From positions 1,155 to 65,154 of the forward strand of contig JAHZLH010000065.1 in the NCBI GenBank assembly GCA_022599915.1: a stretch of DNA of 64,000 nucleotides, in the 5' to 3' direction. The notes beneath the pieces were generated by a model. That model saw only the letters and a list, made by a program, of their open reading frames with translations, was not told the origin of the DNA and searched no databases. Of this stretch, positions 46,877-53,231 are shown in pieces (positions within the stretch are counted from its first letter, which is position 1; the number at the start of each line of letters is the position of its first letter). Both the position numbers and the translations under genes were made by a program. Source of the DNA: Actinomycetes bacterium (GTDB lineage Bacteria; Actinomycetota; Actinomycetes; S36-B12; GCA-2699445).

Positions 46877-48174
46877 GGTGACACCGCCGCGCTGCGATCG
46901 GTCGCGGTTCGCAGCACCGGTGGTTCTGGGGCCTCCAGGCCGAACTCCGGCATCACCTTGGTGGCGAACAACTCCAGTTGTTCCAAAGTCTCACCGAGCG
47001 GCATAACTGCGTAGGGGAGATGCCACACCAGGTACTCGAACGGCACGGTGTTGAGTTGCTGCTCCAGGTTCCGCTTGACGTCGTCAACCGTCCCGCCGAT
47101 GAGCAGCCCCACTTTCGTCAGCCGCTGCAATACCGACTCACCTGGTGCCGGGATCGGACCTTCTTCATCGGGGTACTTAAAGCCCTGCAAGTGGCCGAAG
47201 GCGCCGTACCAATCCCGCCAGGCAAGCACCTCGTAGCGCTCCATGGCTTCTTGCGCGGCGATCGCGGACTTGTGGATGCTGAATCCGCGCAACAGGCCCA
47301 TATTCTGGCCGATCTCGAAATCAAAGCCCGCCTTTCCCGCCTCGTAGCGGTAGAGATCGGCGTACCACTTGGCCAGCATTACTGGCGCGAACATGGTGAT
47401 CGGAATGAGACCCTGTGAGCCGGCCCAACGAACCGTGCTGGGGCTGACCGAAAATGGCTGGAACATCGGCGGATGTGGGTCTTGCAGTGGTGTCGGTACC
47501 ACGGAAACACCTGTCAGCGTGCCGTCGTCGTCGACCTCGCCGGGCACCCCGTACTTCCGGGTCAGCGTATCGGCGGGCGGCCAATCGGGAATCCCCTCGT
47601 CGAAAGGGAAAGGGACTTCGTAGTGGCGGCTACGGTACTGCAGCAAGTCCTTTTCCCAGGCCAGCTTCATGATCCGGTAGTGCTCGAAGTACAACTCCTT
47701 GTTGCGCTCTTCGGCTGCCTCATCATTGCGATCCGAAGCCCCTACATTGAGGCGCTGACCCAAGACATTCATCCAGCGCTTCTGATAGCCGCGGGCAATA
47801 CCCACGAACAACCGCCCGCCGATCATGTGGTCGATCATTGCGATCTTTTCCGCCAGCCGAATCGGATCCCTACTGGGTAAGACATAACCCAGTTGGCCGT
47901 GGCGCAGCCGTTGGGTGGCTTGGCCAAGAAAGAGGTTCCACAGGCCTGGATCTGGCGACATTTCCATCCCCTCGGAATGGAAATGGTGTTCGACGTGGGA
48001 CAGTCCCCAATAGCCGAGTTCGTCCATGGCGACGGCAATATCGCGCATGCCGTGCATGACGTCTTGGAACACCTGCGGATCACGACCGATGGGGCGATGC
48101 TCGCGCATCTGCTCGTAGTCACCCATGGAAGGGTAAATCTGCACGATTACCTTGGGCATGCGGACTCGCCTCAC
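46873..48174 (-). CDS. Luciferase-like (LLM-class) flavin-dependent oxidoreductase, co-operonic with precursor A
   Basis: 433 aa. The N-terminal TIM-barrel pattern (VQIYPSMG...LGYWGLSHVEHHF, GRLFVGIARGY) is typical of bacterial luciferase-like monooxygenases. The start may be the ATG at 48159 (MPKVIV). Confidence 0.8.
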   Translation of the reverse strand: MRRVRMPKVIVQIYPSMGDYEQMREHRPIGRDPQVFQDVMHGMRDIAVAMDELGYWGLSHVEHHFHSEGMEMSPDPGLWNLFLGQATQRLRHGQLGYVLPSRDPIRLAEKIAMIDHMIGGRLFVGIARGYQKRWMNVLGQRLNVGASDRNDEAAEERNKELYFEHYRIMKLAWEKDLLQYRSRHYEVPFPFDEGIPDWPPADTLTRKYGVPGEVDDDGTLTGVSVVPTPLQDPHPPMFQPFSVSPSTVRWAGSQGLIPITMFAPVMLAKWYADLYRYEAGKAGFDFEIGQNMGLLRGFSIHKSAIAAQEAMERYEVLAWRDWYGAFGHLQGFKYPDEEGPIPAPGESVLQRLTKVGLLIGGTVDDVKRNLEQQLNTVPFEYLVWHLPYAVMPLGETLEQLELFATKVMPEFGLEAPEPPVLRTATDRSAAVSP

Positions 48175-48380
48175 TTTGTCTGTCGCAACTTGTCCAGCCT
48201 AGTCAGCAACGGCGCTTTTGCACGTTGCTCGGGATGATCTTCCGCGAGTTAGTGGGACTAGCCGTGGCAAGTCCTGGTAAACACTGTTCGATTTTCGTAG
48301 TTTTGAGCGAAACTGGGCGTATCGGTTGCGATAGGTGTCTGGGCGGCGATTAAATCAAAGGGAATGAACTGGAGGTTCAC

Positions 48381-48788
48381 ATGGCAACCTGGGAACGCGC
48401 CGGAGGCGCCGCCACTGACCACAAGGACGACTACGCCGGTGAAGTGAACGACGCGATGCACAAAGTGATCGCTCGAGCATGGCACGATGCGTCGTTCAAG
48501 CAGGAGCTGATTAGCGAGCCCTACAAGGCATTTGCCGATGAGGGGGTGCACTGGCCGGACCACTATAAGGTGGAGTTCTACGACGACCCTTCGGCAAAGG
48601 TCGGTGACTGGACCAACGTTGGTCGCGGTCAAAACGGCATGCTGAAGGTGCCAATTCCGCCCGCACCGGGTGGTGGCAAGGTCAGCGATGACGATCTTGC
48701 TGCGATCGGTGGTGCCGGAACGGACTGTTGCTGCTGCACAGGCTTGTGTACATGCACCGGTGCCGTCAGCCACGACACTTGGTACTGA
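48381..48788 (+). CDS. RiPP precursor B, NHLP family, poly-Cys/Thr core
   Basis: 135 aa with the same leader pattern as precursor A. Double-glycine site ...DDDLAAIGG is followed by the core AGTDCCCCTGLCTCTGAVSHDTWY (48714-48785). RBS GGAGG is 7 nt upstream. Confidence 0.85.
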   Translation: MATWERAGGAATDHKDDYAGEVNDAMHKVIARAWHDASFKQELISEPYKAFADEGVHWPDHYKVEFYDDPSAKVGDWTNVGRGQNGMLKVPIPPAPGGGKVSDDDLAAIGGAGTDCCCCTGLCTCTGAVSHDTWY

Positions 48789-48805
48789 CCCGATAACCGC
48801 TTTTT

Positions 48806-48841
48806 CGAGGGTGGCGGCGCCGTACGGTGCCGCCACCCTCG
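48806..48841 (+). terminator. Strong hairpin between precursor B and the cyclodehydratase gene (attenuator/partial terminator)
   Basis: CGAGGGTGGCGGCg-ccgtacgg-tGCCGCCACCCTCG, a 13-14-bp GC-rich stem preceded by TTTTT. It starts 18 nt after the precursor stop and lies 125 nt before the next ATG. Confidence 0.55.
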
Positions 48842-48966
48842 ATTGCGTTAGATCTCAGACGTCGGCGGTGCGAGGCCCGATTATTCAGCGTTATCTGTCG
48901 CAAGCCAGAACGATTGCTAAACCCGCGATAGCGTAAGACTGCTTCCTACTGCTGCAAGGAGAAGTA

Positions 48967-51249
48967 ATGGCCATTGATGTGCCGAGGTTCCGCTCCGACT
49001 ATCACGTGTCTTCGATCCCCGGTCAGGGAATCTTCCTGCTGACCGAGGCGCTGCCTATCGTGTTGAACGGTGAAATCTATGAGGCGATCTGTCCATTGAT
49101 TGACGGCCAACGCACGGCTAGCGAGATCGCAGCAGAGTTATCGGACAGTGTGAGTGCGGCCGAGGTCTATTACGGTCTGGCGAAATTGGAAGAACGAGGA
49201 TTCATCGAGGAAGTGGTGGCTGCACTCGATCCGGGGGTCGCTGCGTTTTGGCGAGGTGTTGGGCAAGATCCGGAACAGGCATTGGCACGGTTGGCAGAGC
49301 AACCAGTACAACTCGTCACGCTCGGCGCCATCGATCGGGAACATACAGAAAATGTGCTTGCAGCCGCCGGCGTCCATCTTGCCGAGGATGGTTCCCGCAC
49401 CGTTGTCTTCGCTGATGACTATCGATACCCGGAACTCGATGACATCGACGCGAAAATGTTCGCTAATGAAGGGTCCTGGGCGCTGGTCAAGCCCACCGGT
49501 ATCTACCCGTGGGTTGGGCCGTTCCTGCAACCGGCGAACGGTGGTTGCCTGCGCTGCCTGATTGATCGAATCAACATGAACTACATGGCGGACACGTTCG
49601 TGTTGGAGCAGTCGCGCATCACACCGGTGACGGCTCGTGCCTACAACCAGGCCGGTGTTGCGGCGGTCTCGAACTTGGCAGCAGTGGAACTAGCGAAATG
49701 GATCGTGTCGGGGGAAAGCCACCTCGTCAATGAGTTGGTATCGCTGTCGATGAACACCATGCGGTTGGACCGACACTCGCTGACTCCGCGACCGCAATGC
49801 CGCCGGTGTGGTGAGCCCGACTACCGGGAACGTCGCACCAAGTTCCGTGAGCCCACCTCGATCGACTTTCAGTCCCGGCCGCATTTGCATATCAGTGACG
49901 GCGGTCACCGTACTGCCACTGCCGAGGAGACGCTGGAGCGATATTCGCATCTAGTCAGTCCGATTACTGGTGTGGTGTCGCGATTGGAGAGCGTGGCGCA
50001 GCAAGACCACCCATTGGTGCATGCATATTCCGCCAGCCACAACTGGGCAACTCATCCAGACAGCCTGTCCTTCATGCGGCACACATTGCGCTCCCAAAGT
50101 GGTGGCAAAGGCACCTCGGAAATCCAGGCCAAAGTTGGCGCGATGGCCGAGGCGTTTGAGCGCTACAGCGGGGTGTTCCGGGCCGATGAAATCCGCAAGC
50201 GGGCGACGCTAGCGGAGATGGAGGCCGAGGGGCTGGAAATTCTGCTGCCGCAGGAGATTCTGCTGTTCAGTGATTCGCAATACCAGCGGCGGGCGGACAT
50301 CAACGCTGAGGGAAATAGTTTCCAGATTGTGCCGGAACCGTTCAACCCCGAAATGCCTGCGGATTGGTCGCCAGTATGGGCCCCCACTTCAGATCGTTTC
50401 GTGTGGTTGCCGACGGGTCTGCTGTATTACTCGTACAGCAAGCTGGCGCCGCATGACACTCCCAACCGGCTGGCTTACTACGCCGATTCCAATGGCTGCG
50501 CAGCGGGAAACAGCAAAGAGGAGGCAGCTCTGCAAGGTCTGTTGGAACTCGTAGAGCGCGACGCAGTTGCCACCTGGTGGTACAACCAGGTGCAGCGCCC
50601 ACAGGTAAATCTCGACGACCTCGATATTCCGTATCTGGCACAGTTGCGTGATTGGCTGGACTCCGAGGGTCGGGACCTGTGGGTGCTCGACATCACCAAC
50701 GACATTGGTATTCCATCCTTTGCTGCGGTATCGCGGATTCGCGAACCTGCGGACGATGGCAGTGAAAAAATCGTGGTCGGCTTCGGTTCCCATCTGGATC
50801 CGCGAGTCGGAATCATGCGAGCAGTAACCGAGGTGAATCAATTCTTCGCGAGTCTGTTTGCCTTAGGTGAACAGGACTTGAGTCGTGCTTTCGACCCGGG
50901 TGCGGTGGATTGGTGGGAGAACGCTTCTACCAGTGAAAAGAAGTATCTGCTGCCGCTTGATCAACCAGGCGTGAGGTTCGAGGACATCCCGAACCTTGCC
51001 AGTGACGATCTACTTACCGAGTTGAACACTGCTATCGAGATGGTGGAAGCGCGTGGGTTGGAAGTGCTGTTGCTGGATCAGACTCGGCCTGATGTGGAGT
51101 TCCCGGTGATCAAAGCACTTGTGCCGGGGATGCGTCACTTCTGGTCCAGGCTGGCTCCGGGGCGACTCTTTGATGTGCCGGTGGAGTTGGGCTGGCTGCC
51201 AGAGCCGCTGGCTGAGGGTGAACTCAACAAAACGCCGATCTTCTTCTAG
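48967..51249 (+). CDS. Fused TOMM cyclodehydratase (leader-binding winged helix + E1/ThiF-like domain + YcaO domain)
   Basis: 760 aa. The N-terminal winged-helix-like segment (IDGQRTASEIAAEL...YYGLAKLEERGFI) is followed by an E1-like part with CLRC ... CRRC zinc-type pairs. The YcaO/SagD-like region (GGKG...AMAEAFERYSG...ELVERDA) ends in a Pro-containing tail KTPIFF. Confidence 0.85.
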   Translation: MAIDVPRFRSDYHVSSIPGQGIFLLTEALPIVLNGEIYEAICPLIDGQRTASEIAAELSDSVSAAEVYYGLAKLEERGFIEEVVAALDPGVAAFWRGVGQDPEQALARLAEQPVQLVTLGAIDREHTENVLAAAGVHLAEDGSRTVVFADDYRYPELDDIDAKMFANEGSWALVKPTGIYPWVGPFLQPANGGCLRCLIDRINMNYMADTFVLEQSRITPVTARAYNQAGVAAVSNLAAVELAKWIVSGESHLVNELVSLSMNTMRLDRHSLTPRPQCRRCGEPDYRERRTKFREPTSIDFQSRPHLHISDGGHRTATAEETLERYSHLVSPITGVVSRLESVAQQDHPLVHAYSASHNWATHPDSLSFMRHTLRSQSGGKGTSEIQAKVGAMAEAFERYSGVFRADEIRKRATLAEMEAEGLEILLPQEILLFSDSQYQRRADINAEGNSFQIVPEPFNPEMPADWSPVWAPTSDRFVWLPTGLLYYSYSKLAPHDTPNRLAYYADSNGCAAGNSKEEAALQGLLELVERDAVATWWYNQVQRPQVNLDDLDIPYLAQLRDWLDSEGRDLWVLDITNDIGIPSFAAVSRIREPADDGSEKIVVGFGSHLDPRVGIMRAVTEVNQFFASLFALGEQDLSRAFDPGAVDWWENASTSEKKYLLPLDQPGVRFEDIPNLASDDLLTELNTAIEMVEARGLEVLLLDQTRPDVEFPVIKALVPGMRHFWSRLAPGRLFDVPVELGWLPEPLAEGELNKTPIFF

Positions 51250-51257
51250 GGACGGGT

Positions 51258-52658
51258 ATGCCGACGACTACTTTGCGATTCGCCGCAGGCAACGAACTCG
51301 TCGAAGCTGATGGGCAGGTGGTGCTGAACACTCCCCGTGGTCCGGTGCGCTTCAGTGATCTGTCGCAGACCCAGGCATTGGCCTTGAAGCTTCTGCAGCA
51401 GGGAGGAACGGAGCGCGATCTCGTCGACGCCATGCCGGAGGCGGAGGAGCAGATCTGGGCACGAATGATCGTCAATCGCCTGATCGGATTAGGGGTGGTC
51501 GTTAGAGAGTTGGCCGGACTTATTCGTATCGAAGTTATCGGTGATGGCTACCGCGGCAACGGCCGCATCCTGCCAGACGACCAAGAGTTCCAGTTGAGCA
51601 GATTCAGCTACCTGCATCGTGATGGCGACGCGCTGGTACTGGAGTCACCGCGCTCGCTCGTGCGAATCCTGATTCTGGATGCTGCGACAGTGATGCCAGT
51701 GCTCGGTGGGATCGGCGCTCCGACCACGGTGGCGCAACTGCGTTCGATCGATGACACTGCGGAGCCGCTAGTTCAAGCACTGTTTCAGGAAGGCTTCCTA
51801 GAGCCGACCGCACCACCACCGGCGGGCAACCTGGAGGCGGCAGCGTTGCAGGAGTGGTCCTTCCATGACCTGTTGTTTCACTCACGATCCCGCCAAGGCC
51901 GCCATCGTTATCCGTATGGCGCCAGTTACCGGTTTGAGGGAGTTCGCGAGCCACTGCCTGCGGTCGCGGAGGTACCGGAGGGCGCTGGGACGGTGTCGCT
52001 GCCACGTCCTGATCTGGATGAGTTGCGGCACAACGATCCCAGTTTCATCGATGTAGTGGAGCAGCGGCGCAGTTGGCGCAGCACCGGTCCGGAGCCGCTC
52101 ACGCTGGCGCAACTCGGTGAGTTCCTGTTTCGTGCCGCCCGAGTGCGTGGCCGGAGGGGCACCGAACATGAGGAAATCAGCAATCGACCCTATCCCGGTG
52201 GTGGCGCCGACTACGAACTTGAGATTTACCTGCTGGTGAATCGGGTGACTGATGTTGAACGCGGGCTGTACCGCTATGACCCGCTAGGCCATCAACTGGT
52301 GCATGTCAGCGATTGGACGGATTTGGTGCAGGCGGTGGCGGTGGACACTTGCCGGAAAGCGCCACCAGGGGAAATCCCGGATGTGCAGTTCGCGATCACG
52401 GCCCGGATGATGCGGCTGACCTACAAGTACGACTCGATTCCCTACTCCGTGGCGCTGAAAGATGTTGGGGTACTGCTCCAGAACTTCTACCTGTGTGGCA
52501 CTGCTATGGGATTGGCCCCGTGTGCGGTGGGTGGCGGCAATAGCGAGTTATTTGCGACTGCCGCTGGTCTGTCGCCGTTCGTAGAACCGCAGATCGGTGA
52601 GTTCCTGTTAAACACTCAAAACCCCGCTGAGAGTGGTGACGTTCCCGGTACCTGGTAG
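51258..52658 (+). CDS. SagB-type FMN-dependent azoline dehydrogenase (nitroreductase fold)
   Basis: 466 aa. The C-terminal half has RRSWR...RPYPGGGADYELEIYLLV...GLYRYDP..H.L and CAVGGG motifs typical of SagB/McbC-type dehydrogenases. It starts 9 nt after the cyclodehydratase stop. Confidence 0.85.
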   Translation: MPTTTLRFAAGNELVEADGQVVLNTPRGPVRFSDLSQTQALALKLLQQGGTERDLVDAMPEAEEQIWARMIVNRLIGLGVVVRELAGLIRIEVIGDGYRGNGRILPDDQEFQLSRFSYLHRDGDALVLESPRSLVRILILDAATVMPVLGGIGAPTTVAQLRSIDDTAEPLVQALFQEGFLEPTAPPPAGNLEAAALQEWSFHDLLFHSRSRQGRHRYPYGASYRFEGVREPLPAVAEVPEGAGTVSLPRPDLDELRHNDPSFIDVVEQRRSWRSTGPEPLTLAQLGEFLFRAARVRGRRGTEHEEISNRPYPGGGADYELEIYLLVNRVTDVERGLYRYDPLGHQLVHVSDWTDLVQAVAVDTCRKAPPGEIPDVQFAITARMMRLTYKYDSIPYSVALKDVGVLLQNFYLCGTAMGLAPCAVGGGNSELFATAAGLSPFVEPQIGEFLLNTQNPAESGDVPGTW

Positions 52659-52688
52659 TTCGATCGCGCGCTAGTCGGCGGCGCCGTC

Positions 52689-53231
52689 CTAGCCACGCAG
52701 TCGTTCCATGGTGGCGTGCTGAATCGCGAGGAAGTCGATATCAGCCACGGGAGTATTCCGGCAGTTGCCATCAGTCACGACAACGGCGCTAGCTAGTGAC
52801 CGCTCCACCCATCGATGTTCATGCGTCACCAGTACTGCCGTCATCCCCTCATCGGCTGCGGCCAGCAGCCGGTCGTGGATCGCGGCGGTGACCTCTGGTG
52901 CGATGGCTTTGGTGGGCTCATCCAGCAGGAGCGCGGCCGGCGATTGCTCGAGCAGGTGATCGATCTCGGCTAGCCGAGCGGCGCCGGTTCGAGACGACCA
53001 ATCTTGACCATGGATCGGATAATCGCCGCCACAAAGTTCCCCGTTGACCTCTCCGGCTGTGGGCTGGATCTGCTCGGCGAGCACCTTCAGTAGGGTGCTT
53101 TTCCCCGCACCGGAGGCACCGATGATTGCGGTGACCGTGCCTTGCGAAATCTCCAGATTGACGTCGGTCAGCACCCGCTTGCGGTCAAGGTCAGCGGCGA
53201 CGCCTTGCAGCGTCCAAGCGTTAGTGGTCAC
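52689..53231 (-). CDS. Short degenerate ABC-type ATPase (about 180 aa)
   Basis: Walker A GASGAGKST, Walker B LLLDEPT and H-loop VTHEH are present. The helical subdomain is almost absent, and SSRTG replaces the LSGGQ signature. The proposed GTG start at 53231 overlaps the upstream ABC stop by 11 nt. The upstream part of the track ORF (to 53708) is an out-of-frame shadow. Confidence 0.6.
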   Translation of the reverse strand: MTTNAWTLQGVAADLDRKRVLTDVNLEISQGTVTAIIGASGAGKSTLLKVLAEQIQPTAGEVNGELCGGDYPIHGQDWSSRTGAARLAEIDHLLEQSPAALLLDEPTKAIAPEVTAAIHDRLLAAADEGMTAVLVTHEHRWVERSLASAVVVTDGNCRNTPVADIDFLAIQHATMERLRG

